A stretch of DNA of 49,424 nt, taken from positions 8,108,245 to 8,157,668 of the forward strand of contig CAJINV010000003.1 in the NCBI GenBank assembly GCA_905178155.1. Direction: 5' to 3'. Under the pieces are notes generated by a model. The model saw only the letters and a list, made by a program, of their open reading frames with translations, was not told the origin of the DNA and made no database searches. A program made the translations under genes and the position numbers. Within the stretch, counting starts at the first letter, position 1. The number at the start of each line of letters is the position of its first letter. This document shows, one piece after another, positions 23,327 to 36,030 of the stretch. This DNA comes from Amoebophrya sp. A120 (lineage: Eukaryota; Protista; Dinoflagellata).

Positions 23327-26300
23327 CAATGATCCACGACGAGTGCTCAGTTTTCTCTCCCAGTACGACTGCGAAGGAGAGCGCAACGAAGCACGGTTGA
23401 GTTGCGTCATGAATTTAGTTAAGTACATCCCAAATACATCGAGCCCCATAGTAGATTCTCGGCTTACTGACACCTGACACATAAGGAAGCTTCTTGGAGA
23501 ATCTATTCTTACATGACCGCGAGGACCCAAATTGGCAGGTCCAAAAAATTAGAAACAGCTAGGCACGACAGCCGTTTTGCTTCCTTACGTATGAATATAT
23601 CAATTCGCATCCACCATAATTCGCATACAGACACGACAAGGATATTTCGAGAAGCATGTTGCTACGATTTGTCATTCAGTACCAATACTTTTTCTAGCGA
23701 TGAGTGGGACTGTAGATGGCTCACGGCAGCTCTACCCCAATAGGACGAAAGAAATCATAAAGTCCCCAATTAAGTAAAATGATACCAAGTACTTAATTTA
23801 GGCAACGCCAACGGGCAACAAAAATATATGCGACAGTTTGAGAGCCTCAAATGATTTGCCACAGGCGGTCGTAGGCTCAACATAAATCAACCCGTCGATC
23901 AACCAATGTGGTTCAATTAGCGTAAAAGTGACACTAACACTAGAGAATATAGCAAACGTCTGCGGCAAAGGACGTGTCTGTGCTATACAACGAGCATTCG
24001 ACATGTAGACGAGCTGCGAAACGCACATCTCCAATGCGATTCTATTGTTTTTGGAACCCCAGGAAAAGAATACAGGTTGAAATACACTGTTCAGCGACCG
24101 TTCATGTTGCGGTGCTAGATTGATACACCAGCGAGTGGCGACATTACTTAAGAAGGTCAGCACAGAAGATATTTTCTGGAGGAAAGTACAACAGGGGGAA
24201 CTAGATGGTCCCACCGCAGGAGGACAGGAACGACGGAAGTCGGTGCGTGTTCCTGAAAAAATTACCAGCGAACTGCTTCTATTGCGAGGCAGAGTTCCAG
24301 ATCCTGAAAAGAAACTTTACGTCCCGCGGCATCAACGTGTTTTTGGTGTACCTTTGTGTGCAGCTTCTTACACGCATAATTTTCCACCAATTTCACCGGA
24401 CCGTGTAATGGAGCCAGGTAAAACTAAAATACTTTATGGTCATGGATCGGAAACAAAATCTCCTTCAAGAACAGCCCGTAGACCGAGCTGCAGCTGATGT
24501 CTTTTTGTGCTTTTGCTTTGAAAATTGCATGACTTATGAAGCAAAAATGCAGACCGTTCAAATAGTGATGTAAGTAGTCGCCGAAGTCGGCATTATTTTG
24601 GTCATTTACAAATGCTAATGCAAGGCCAAAAACGACGCAAATCCAAATGCAAATCCAAAGCAAGTGAAGATGTTGCGAAAATTGAAATGTTTTCAATAGC
24701 ACATGGAAACCAATATGGTCACTCTATACGCTCCCGTGATCACTAATTTCAATTTATTTTTCGCCCGCGCAAACGAACGACAGCGATTTTACGATGTTAT
24801 TTTTATCTTGCGAACCTGAAAAGAAGTGAAGAGCGGCTTTTTTTCTTGCACGACAAAAATGGGCATTAGCAAGCCCACCCCGTTCGGGGGAAGTTGTTCT
24901 CGCCTGAACGACAAACTTAAAAGACCGCTGGCATTTTTGGATTTTTTTCATTCCTGTAAATCCCAAAGCAATGAACGACTCGGGTTGTGCTTGTGTTTGC
25001 GCGCAGAAGCAGCACAAGCTTTTTCTTGAAACAAATAGTAAATTACAGTCGAAGTAGTAGTTTATCAAAAGTTGCTCCGGCGTAGTCTTGACAAGCCCTA
25101 ACACGTAGCTCTCGATTCAGCGCTTCTTGTTTTCATACACTGATAACAATTTTCTTTTGCGTTTGGCGTTTCACTTTCACGTACATGTCTCGTGCCGAAG
25201 ATCTATTTTACTGTACTGAGTGTTAACCAGCGGGTGGAGCCGAGTTTTTGTGCCAGGATTTTGCCAGGTGCACGGGACGCCAGTTCCAGAGATTCATTGC
25301 GTTACGCGTGAAACGCCGTGACCCCAGCAACGTAACACAAACGCCATTAGAGCTTGCACAAGGAGCTGACACCACTTTCTAACAAGCAGTTCTCGATCAT
25401 CTTCGACTTCGGCAGAGGTCTCATCAAGAACGTGGCACATCTAGCCAATTCATTAGTAGTGACATCACGAGGAGGAGCAGGACCAGGAGCAATTTGCGTT
25501 TGACCTTGGACGTGACCAGCTACCTTTTGACACGAAAAAACCCTGTATTGTGTCAGGCCCATGTATTCTTCTTGGAGCGATGACGAGAAAAAAAAACGAT
25601 CTGCAAAAGCACAAGCACATTTCGGAAAGAAAAGCCAACAAATGGTATTCGCTTGCAATATTTTCCTCTGTTTTTTTGTTTTTGACAGTCGTGGTTGACT
25701 TTTTTTTTCCTACACAGACATAGGCGAGCCGCGCAGCTGAAGGTGGTGCGTCTACTCTTTGCTTGCGGCTTCAATAGTTCGAGCGGCAAGAAAATTCATT
25801 CGATTTTCATTTCCGATGTGCGCTGCTTCCTCAACTTGATTTTATGTCATTCTCACCACAGGCGAGAAATTTGGGGCGCAAGCTTCAAGCCAATGCCGAC
25901 CAGATTGTGTACGGACCGAAAATCTGTTCGCGGACTCGTGCCCTTGCTTTGCAGTGCCTGCTGACGATCTTGTGTGTGTAGCGGGAGTATTCGACTCCTA
26001 CTAGCGGGAGTATGATTCGAGTCCCACACGCACAAAGCGTTATTAGCGTCGTCGGCAGCACTGCAAAACCAGAGGAGGAGTTAATTTTTTCATTTTATAA
26101 ATGAGAGCAAGGCGATCGCGATCGCGCCAAAGTTCTCGGTAAGCAACACTGATCGATTATATAATTTTCATACATATGAATATCAATTTGTGCTCTTCTC
26201 ATGATATTGACTTCAGAACGGAATACACCGAAAAGCGTTCTTGTAGTTGTAACGAGAAAACCTTTTGCATATCCTGGTGTGGCCTCCCGGATTCCATTTT

Positions 26301-27289
26301 TTTCCCCAGAAGATGAAAGCATTGGACTTCGTCATATTATCTGAGGGCCCTTTGCACCGTACGGCCTTGTGATTTCCGCACGATTTGTTGGCCGTCCTAG
26401 GGGAAAACGTGCACACGAGGAAAGGCCATGCACTCACCCAGAAAGAATTCAAGTAAGAACTGTTCCGAAGGCATGGCTCGCAGGATCATCGTCCGCCGCA
26501 CCACAGTCATAGCTTCGATTATGTAGCGCCAACGAAAACGATTAAGTACGTTCGTTGAGTTTTCATCAAGTCTTGCAGCGCACTGAATAAAAACCTGCGC
26601 TCAGTATTTGTAAATAAAGAATACCGCACGCGCACCGCTCCCACAGGTGAAGTAAGTATCTCAGGAGAAGAATCGATCGCTTGATGACTTTTATATGCTC
26701 GTGGATCGACCGAACGAATGTCTCGATTATGTGGCAGAAGTTGAAAAGTTCGTTGTAACAGAGAATGCAGGACACGAGTAAAAACGCTAGCTCTAGCCCT
26801 CTCGTTCTGGTGTCTCAGGAATACAACCGCCGACTAGATGTAGGAGGAGAAGATCACACTGTGTCTGCAGAGGCAGTAGTGACACATCCATGGCTTATGT
26901 ATCTTCAGTGGAGGAACACGAACAGGAAGAGCATCGCGACCAGGCTTAGAGGGCAAGAACCAGAATGAATATTCAGAAGAAACCTTTTTACGAGAAATAG
27001 AAGATTCCAGCAGGAATGATGACTCGCTGCAATCACGTATCAAGATGAAAGCAATAGGACTGGGGCAATACTTGTTCTGGAGCTGACGGTCTGCAACAAA
27101 GCTAAAACAAACACAAAGCAATTTGGATTTGCACAAAGAAATGGACGTCAAATAAACTTTTTGATGCGTAGTACCCGATGTACAACCATGATAGTACGCG
27201 AAGTAGTCCGTACTAGCTTCTCCCTACCGCTGTTACCATTTGCCGGCTTTCACCTTGATATGGGTGATTTATCACACGTTATTTAAAAG

Positions 27290-30200
27290 GCGCACCACCG
27301 CCAGGAGAGGATGAGCGGCGCTCCAGGAGCGGTCGGCGCGGTGGAAGAGAGCGAGACCGCGACCGAAACCGCGAAAGAGATCGCGAAAGAACCGCTGGTG
27401 GGCGAGACCTCGAGCGCGGGCGACACCAGTCGACGAACAATGACCGGGCTGGTACCGAATAGTTTTACATTTTTTTTCTTGCGCAAATGAATAAATAAAA
27501 AAAAAAAAAACCTCCCGGTCTCGTCTGTTTCGGTATCGGTGGGCAAAAAGGAATGCACACTACTTCCTTGTCTTTTAGTTTTTTTCCTTGAAATTGCAAG
27601 ACGGTCTCTTTCGAAATCAGGTAACGAGGAATACGACCGCGAGCGGCGCAACGAAAAGTCTCGCCGCGATCGTGAAGCGAATCGTCGGCGTTCGCGCGAC
27701 CGGGAGCGCGACCGTGGCGGAAGAGGTGACCGCGACGAACTCACGGGAGCGCAAGACCACAGTCGAACCGGCAGTGTTGCACCTACGGGCGGGAGTGCCT
27801 CTGGAGCGAAGACGGACCGTGGCCAGAACAAGTACCAGAATCAGCGGGGCAGCACGCGGGATTTCGATCGACAGGAGCGCGGCACGGGAAAAACGACTCT
27901 ATCGGAGTACAGTAGAAAAGATAACACCTCTAAAAACTCTGCGTCCTCTAATGACTACTACCAAGCTGCACCCACCAGTAGTGGAAGTAGTGGGCACCAG
28001 CAGCACCCGGCCGCTGGTGCGAGCGATTCTTCTCTGGGAGGTGCGGACAAGAGCAAGCGCGGAAAAAGCGAAAAGCAGCCCGTGGTACCTGCTTCGAAAA
28101 AAGAAAACGAAGCCGAACGAGGACGGCTGGCCAAGCTGCGGGACGACGCGAAAAATAAACAGGGTGACAAAGCGAAAGCCGGCAGCGGGGAGGCTCCGAC
28201 GTCATCGGCTATGTTGACGGCTTCTAAGAAGAACAAAGGTGAGGACAAAAAATACGCGCACAAGGACACAGGCTCCACTAGGGCAGAGAAAGAGCAAAAT
28301 AAACCGAAGGATGCCGATAAATTGTCGTCAAAAGCAGGAACGTCGAAAGATAAGGCTGAGAAGCTCACTGCTCGGGAACAGGAGCCGGAAAACAAGGTGT
28401 CTAGCAAGGACAAGGATAGGAAGAGAGCCAACACCGGTACCAAAGCCGCGACGCCGTCCTCGAAAAAAGAGAAAGAGAAGGAGCAGGCGAAGGTTGTCGT
28501 GAAGGATGGAAAAAAAGATGATCCCATGGATGTTGATCACGATGACGAACTTGAGTTTCAAGACACCTCCCGGCGCGATAAGAGGAATAAGCGAGACAGG
28601 GAGAAGAAGGAGAAGCGGCGGGGGTCCGACAAGTCCGCCAAGAAAAAGGACATATCAACTGTAAAAATGTCTGGGTCTGGAAGGTTGCAACTTCTCATGC
28701 TAAATCCGTATCATGCAAAGATCTGTGTTGCATGATTGCCAAAAGCTGTCCACTTTCGACCAAGTTGGGAGGGAGTTTCTCATGCAGGATAGGCATGAAA
28801 GAGACCTGGCAGACTCTGTCATGCTAGGTCCCGCATTCCAGACCTCAAGGGCCATGGAAAACCTGCGTGACAAGTTCACACTCTTCCAGACCCAGACACT
28901 TTTGCATTTCATAGGACACGAACGACGACAAAAACCGCGCCGTCTCCCCGGATCGCGAGGAGCGCAAAGCGCGCAAAGATGCTGCGAAGAAGAATGATGA
29001 CGACGGGACGGCGAATAATACTAAATCTGCTCGGAGTGTCGAGGACAAAACTACTGCGCGTCTCGAGAGGGAGAAGGAAAGGAAGAACCAAGATAGAGCT
29101 GCAAAGAGGGACCAAGAGAAAGAAACGGCGTCGGCGAAAAATAAACGAGCAGCTTCGCCTCCCCAAGGGCGGAGCGGCTCATCCGCAAAGACCCGTCTCG
29201 CACCGCCTGCCGTCCCGGCGATGCCTTCATCATCCAGCAGCGCTGCGGGAAGCTCCACCGGCGTCGTTCTCACCAAGCGGAGCGATGTGGTGCTCGAGAA
29301 GAGACGGAGCGCTGGCCGGGATCGACGGCGAGAGCGTCGAAGATCCAGCCCTGACCAGCGAAAAAAATCCGGACGCGAGCCTCCGCGGGCGGACGGAAGT
29401 TCGGCCGCCGGAGTGGCACCGCCGAAACTACTGACAGCTTCTGGTGCGCCCACAGGTGTCCCGGGGTCGGGTACTACGGACAACGCATCTTCTGGAGCCG
29501 GGACTGCGCAGGTGAAAAAGGCTGTCCTTTCTCCGCGCGACCCGGACGGAGTGCTCGCGAATGGCAGTAACATCAACAAGAGTGGTGCACCACTGGAACA
29601 GGCAAATAAACCCAAGGTGATTTTGACTCCGAATCCTGCCGCGGTTTCGTCCCGGGAGAACACGTCAATCAATAAAACAAGGCGTGATCACCAGGAACAA
29701 GAAGAAGAGGAGGACGAACTTGTCGACGTGTCGCTGTCTAAGATAAAACCGCGGAAAAAAAAGCGCGACCGAGAAGATCGGGACCGCGAACGGGAGCGCG
29801 CGACCGGGGGAGTGCGAGCAGAAGGGAAGGAGCGGGACCACAATAATGTCCGGGACCGAGGAGTCCGAGGGGACCAACACCGGCGGGAAAGTAACCGAAC
29901 GGGCCCAGGTGACCGGCCGCGCCGAGTTGTGACAGCTCCCGACATTCAAGTGTCCTCCGGAAGTCGAGCGGCATCCGCAGCCGAGGACATGGTAGACCAC
30001 GAGGCGAAAAAGAAGAGAACCGAGAAAAAGCATACCGCACAAGACAAAGGACCACGTGTTGGCACAACATCAGCAACGGGTGCAAATAAAGTCGCGCCAG
30101 TGTTGAGTAATGGCTCGATCGCAGCAAATGACGCGCCCATTCAGGCCTTGAGTAAGAAAATGGAGAATAAGCAAAGTGCTAAAAATCATGCGCCGGCTGG

Positions 30201-33200
30201 TGCTTCTTCTTCTTCCCCAGAAGACGTTGGGTTATTGTCCAGTTCCATAACGCCAGCTGCCGAAAAGATGAAGGGCGAGCATCATGTCCCGGTGAAGCTA
30301 GAGCCCGCTCGCCAGACTGCAGCTGCTGGGACGACGACAAAGGGAAATGTTGATACAAATTCCAATGGAGCTGCTGCTCCGGGGCCAGCGTCCAACAAGG
30401 CCCTCGGGCCGATTGCCGGCGCAGCTTCCGGCGCTAAGCCAGCTCCATCGGGTGCGCGTTTGCTTCCGCCGGCCTCGCGCAACCGGGCCAACGACCGGGA
30501 GCACCGGGCCGGTACAACTACACGCCGAGGCGACCGCTCCCCGCGACCCCGTTCCCGTGGCCGGCGGTACAACAACCGAAGCAAGGACCGGCGGTACAAC
30601 CACGACAACGATCACAACTACAATCCCCCGCGCCGCACCCGTAGCAAGGACGGCGACGAGCGCCCGGCGGGCCGGCACGGTGGCCGGCCGCGGGACGACG
30701 ATCGGCCGAGCAGCCGGGGTCGCCACGTGCACGAGCAGTCAAAGGGCCGCCGGCGGTCCAGAGACCGGCGAGACCGAGACCGTTCCCGGGATCGACGTGC
30801 CAACCGTGACTCGCGAGGGGAGGATCACCGCCGTGTTGCTGACCGGGAGCGCTCCATGCGACACCGGCGGAGTCGTTCCCGGAGAGGCCACAGGGAACCC
30901 GAGCGTGAGCGGCGTCGCGATGCCCCGACCACCCGCATCGCTCCGGCAGCTGTCAATCAATTTCTTGTCTCGAAGAAGCCACTGAATTTAGAAGATCACA
31001 GGTACTACTGCGATACATCAGTACTGTAAAATGTTTCTGTCGTCTCATCTCCCTTCAAGCATATTGCATAAGCGTCCAAGTCAGCACTGTAGTTGTCTCT
31101 TTGCTTTTCCTTTTGTTATACTTTTACTTTTGCAGAAATGTTTGAAATGGAATTTTGTTATCGTAAGAATCCCGCACTCTCAAAAATTGCAGGGAACTGC
31201 TGCTGTACATGTTCGGATTTATCGGCGACATCCCCACGCCTTTCAACCTTGACGAGAAAGGGATGGAAAATTATTCCCGCACGGAGGGAGTCAAGCTCTG
31301 TTCCGCGGAGGAGTACAAGCTGGCCGTGGATCAGGGGGCGAAGCTGGCCAATCGGGAGAAGAACCCTCGCGTGGTGAATATTGTCGAAAAAATGCGACTG
31401 TTAGGTCCCGACCCCCAGAACGATCCCGTGTATGTGCCGCGCATTGGCAAAGGAAAGTTTTTTCGCAAAGATCCGTGTGTTTCGACCGCACTTGTTTCTA
31501 CATCGACAATCAACAAAGCTGGAAATACCCCGACCCCGAAGCCCTCCGTGCCCAAACCGGGTCAACAGCTGCCAAGCTCCACCGGGGCGGGGAGCGCAGC
31601 AACAACGAAAGCAGCGACTTCTGTGTATTCAAAATTGAACCCCGTAGTTCCGGCCCCCGCAACAAACACGACAACCAAAGGAGCCGCACCTTCAGGCGCA
31701 AAAGCCGAAGCAGGTGGGGCGCCACCCACGGCGAAAGGCGACACCACCAGCGCTGCGGTGACGACAGCAGGCAAGCAAGGCGCAACGGGCACGACCGCCA
31801 CGGGGAAGGGCACAGTGGTCGTGAAGGGCAAGGGAAAGGGAAAGAAGGGGAAAAAGGGCATTGATGCCGCGACGCGGGAAAAGCTCTTGGCGACTTCGAA
31901 GGTGCTGAACCGCGACGGCAAGCTGAAAGCCCAAAGCAGTTTTGACCAGGAGAAGTCGGAAGGCCAAGGAGCTGCTGATTCGAAAAACAAAGACAAGAAA
32001 AAAGACCCTGTTGATGTGTCAAAGGACGGCACGATGGCAGAGAAGGATGCTCCTGCAGCAGATGGCAAAGTAGACAAAAAAGCCTTGGATGTTGATACGA
32101 AGGAAGGTAAAAACAAAAAGAAGAAGACCTACGCAATGGACGAAGACAGTTCGGAAAGCTCTCCCGACAACAAAAAGCCCAAACTGGCAGCGGTCACGTC
32201 GGAAGACAAGGTTGGCAACAAGAGCAGCGGCACCGCCTCGGGCGGCGTTAACAGTGTGGGCGTGAAAAGTGGCGTGCAGAGCGGGGCGAACAAGTCGGAT
32301 CCGGTGCCGAAGCTCGGCGGCCCGCTGTCCGGCATTATCAGCGAAAGAGGACTCCATCCGCCGAGCAAAGCAGATTTGGAGGCCCTCGGCAACGAACTTC
32401 GTGGGCCGGCGTTTGGTGTTGCAACGGGGACGGCCGGCAGCAGCGGGAGTGGCATTGCCAGTCAGAACGCCCCCTCGTTTGGAGAGCGCGAACGCCCGGT
32501 GAAGGAGAAGAAGGCGCCTACCGTGGCAGGCTGCGAAACTCCTCCACCAAGCGCTCCCGCGCCAAGTCGCAAACAAAGAGGCGGCCCGGTTATTGCGGGC
32601 TGCGAAACGCCACCGGCTGATGTCTTCGAAACCCGAGGGCGGGGCCGATCTCCCAAGAAGAATATCTCAACTGGGCAGTGGGTTACCATCGAAAAGGGTG
32701 CTGATACGCTACCGAAGAAGCCCGACATCGTATTTGGATTTACTAGGTTATTGATGGTTTTGTATTTGTTGCAGCAAAAATCAGTGCGAGCCTGATGCCA
32801 TCATATCGCGAATGTGATGAGACTTTGCAGAATCATGATGATAAAGACGATACAACTGCTTACCAAGGCTGATATCCTCGGTGAGGAGAAACCTCCATCT
32901 CATCGCCAGAACTGATAGAAAATATAGACGCATTCGCTTCCACTTAAGACCTTCCATATTTTTTATGTTCATGTTGATTATTGTATGCACCATTCTCGAC
33001 GTGTGGCATTCTCGTGGGGATGTGGTTGTGGACCCCAACGGCTTCCATGTCGCTTGCGAGATCAATTAATTGATTAAAACAAATCAGTTTTCGTTGCGAC
33101 ACGCGTGCGTGTGGACGGACCAGGTTCCGGCTGAATTCGAGACTGCATCGCTCTATGAGGGTTTTTTAGCATCCGATCTGCGGAACCGCTGGTATCAGGG

Positions 33201-34123
33201 AACCAAGTTTGCGCCCGCGGGCAACGCCGGCGATGAAAATTCCGATGACAGCAGGTCGCGTTCGCGGTCCTCGTCTCGGTCTCGCTCCTCCCGGTCGTCA
33301 TCCTCCTCCCGCAGCCGGCGTCGAGCGCGCAGCGGATCGAGCTCCAGGTACTTGTTACCTTCTGACGTTTACTAGTGTGCAAAACTCGTTTGGATAGCAA
33401 CTTTTTCGCGGTGTAGTTTTCTCGTAGCCAAGTAGAAGCTATTTGTTTTTACGAGACTACTTCATCCGAGCATTGTTACTCAAGTTCCCTCTTGCCCCCC
33501 GTGAATAAGAAATCTCCATCTTTTTTCGTCGACCAGGTCCAAATCTTCCCGCTCGTCACGTTCGCGGTCTAGCAGAAGTTCACGATCACGCAGCTCGCGT
33601 TCCCGTTCCGACAGTTCCCCTATCCTCAGTAAAAACGTCTCTTCCCCCATATTTGCTCATAGAAATCTGCATGCCTAAAATGTTGCCCATGCGCAGCCCC
33701 GTGCGGACGCAGAGCATTTTGGAATGCAGTCTGGGCATCAGGAGAAGATGATAACGATCGATTTGTGAGACAGACAGACTTGACTGCAATATTAGCTAAC
33801 CACAAGGACTTCGCAACTGATCCAAAGTTTTGAATGCGCAACAGCTAAGATGTGGATGACTCTTTGGCGTGTGTAGCAAAACTGCCAGCTAGCCTGTATA
33901 TGGGGTGCAGACGTTTTCACTGAGGATATTCCGGTCGGGCTCGCGATCCCCTAGTCGCGCAGCGGCCTCGTCTGCGCAGGAAGTAGACGGTCCTTCCGCG
34001 CAGGGTGGGTCTGCACCTGCCACCAACGCTGATGGCGTGCGAGCAAACGAAACCGAAGGAGCCGCTCTGCCGGCGGAGGCAGCGCTCCGCGGCGCTCTGC
34101 AAACCTACGACGACGAGCTTTGA
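27290..34123 (+). CDS. Large Arg/Ser/Lys-rich low-complexity protein, multi-exon, 5' end unresolved
   Basis: Exons ~27290-27451, 27621-28652, 28919-31001, 31193-~32746, ~33100-33347, ~33537-33620, ~33934-34123; RS/RD/RE dipeptide tracts; junctions around 32750-33120 unresolved. Confidence 0.65.
28653..28913 (-). mobile_element. Introner element family A (261 bp), inverted relative to the 12414 copy
   Basis: Same TIR; interior is the reverse complement of 12414-12674; TSD GGACA; removing 266 nt gives KKKDTNDDKNR, joining ORFs 27539 and 29221. Confidence 0.93.
33621..33928. mobile_element. Introner element family D (308 bp), non-canonical intron
   Basis: TIR TATCCTCAGTAAAAACGTCT..CCCCATA / TATGGGG..AGACGTTTTCACTGAGGATA; flanks TCCCC/TTCCG; removing 313 nt continues the RS tract in frame. 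Confidence 0.88.
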
Positions 34124-36030
34124 GGAGCCATGAGTCGTTCCTCGTTGTTCCTACACGAAAAAAACGCCCTTGTTGTTACCCTCGTCTTCCGCAACTTCTT
34201 GTTGCTTTTCCCGAGTACCTTCGACGGAGCTGCTACTTGTGTATAGATACGAGGAGCTAGTCAACGTAAAACGCGGGATCTTCTTGGTTTATATACGGAA
34301 GTTTGTGCTGAAGAGCGAATATTCAATACGCGTAGAAAACTACAGTCTATATACAAACAACTTCGAAAAACAGCACAACGATCAAATTGACGTAGAATGT
34401 CAAGCCTCGATATCGATATCCAACGACAACTGGAAACAAGCCTTCATTTGATACTTCTTTCTACTCGACCAAAAAATGAACGGCAGCGAAGTGGGCGTTG
34501 TCATGAAGATACCTCATGGCTCTTCCTGTACATCCAAGGTTCTTTGACTAAGTAATGACTTTGCGTATCACAATATGTCGGACCTGTCTTCTATAAGTAC
34601 TTGCACTTCATCTTGCTAAGGCTATATTCTTCCCGCTGCACGACGACGACAACCTTGTCACCTGAATTTTGGCAAGGGCGACTATCTGATGTTGCGTTTT
34701 CTCTAAAAACGTACCTACGGGGTGTACAACGAACTACAACAAAGCATGCGTGCACTACTACTACCTGCGTCCGGAACTACGCTAAAAATTCGCAGACCCT
34801 CTCAAAGTGGACAAGAATGGCGTGGTTGCTTGCGGAGTGCGAATGAACAAGGAAATGACTATAGGCAGTTGGATTGAGCTCAGCAACCACAAAATCCTGA
34901 ATTCCACCCTATTTTGGCGACAACATCCACCAACAATTATAACCACTTCCAGCACGGGGTCCTTCGTGGCAACAAGCATGGATGAATGACTAAGGCGACG
35001 CCGATGCAGCTGCTTCCATCCCGGAGGTTCTGGATTTGCTATATACCAACTAAGTTGTACTTGTACATCTCACACTGATATGTTTTGCGACTCAATGAAT
35101 TCTTGATATAATCGTCTGCTCAGATATGCTCTCTACGTATTAATTTAACGGAGCGCGAGCGCCACGCCCTTGTTGAATACGCAAGTGATAATTGCGTGAA
35201 ATTTTGATGTCGCATGTTTGTTCTACAGATTGTTCATATGCATTTGAGAGTGTGAACTTTCCGGATGTCTCTGCTGTAGTACCCGAAAAGTTACTCCCCA
35301 GTATCGTCAATGTTTTCGTCTTTGTGAATTAGTGTGGAATGAAAACATGGAGCGGTCTGGTCCACTGGAGTTTTCTTAGATGTGCGGCAACAAGAGACAG
35401 GCTTACCCTTGCGAAGATCTTTCTGCCAGTAAAAGCTATACACACATTCTGACCTTTGAAATCCAAAAACTGAAACGCGGTCTTTCTCTTTTCGAAAAAA
35501 TCACAAAAGATCGGCTAAGGATGATCGCTCTTGACGCAGCTTTGGAGCTATTACGCGCAGCCACGCGATCTTTTTCAAATTCCTGATAAAGTGCAGAAGA
35601 AGTACGAGATCTAGCCGCTGAAGCAAGGCGCACGAACTGGAAGAATTTTTATCGACTTTTGATTCGTTTTCTCCTGGCGATGGAGAGCGAGCTCCATTTT
35701 GTTTTCATCCTTTTCTTTGTTTTCTAGCAGGTGGCTCCTCGCTCCTTTGATCTTGACGACTTAGACATTTACTTTATTTACCAACCATTTTATCGATCTT
35801 GTTCTTGTGATGCCATTTCACGACATTCACTGTTTGTTAATGTTTCACGGGAATCCATCCTGACTGGCATATAGGAGCTCAATCTGGTAAACTACTTTCA
35901 TATTCATTTTTTTGGTTTCAATAAAGGGACGATTACTTCTATGCGGCCTTGTTCGCCTTCTCTCGAACGTCTATTCTGATAAATTGGCGAAGAATTTGTA
36001 TCATCGAAGAGGCGCAAAATAAAGATAATC

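Noticed and set aside
24120-24497. 125-aa ORF
   Set aside because: No ATG start, motif or clear splice partner
31002-31208. GTAC-bounded non-canonical intron
   Set aside because: Canonical acceptor at 31192 gives an in-frame GT-AG intron
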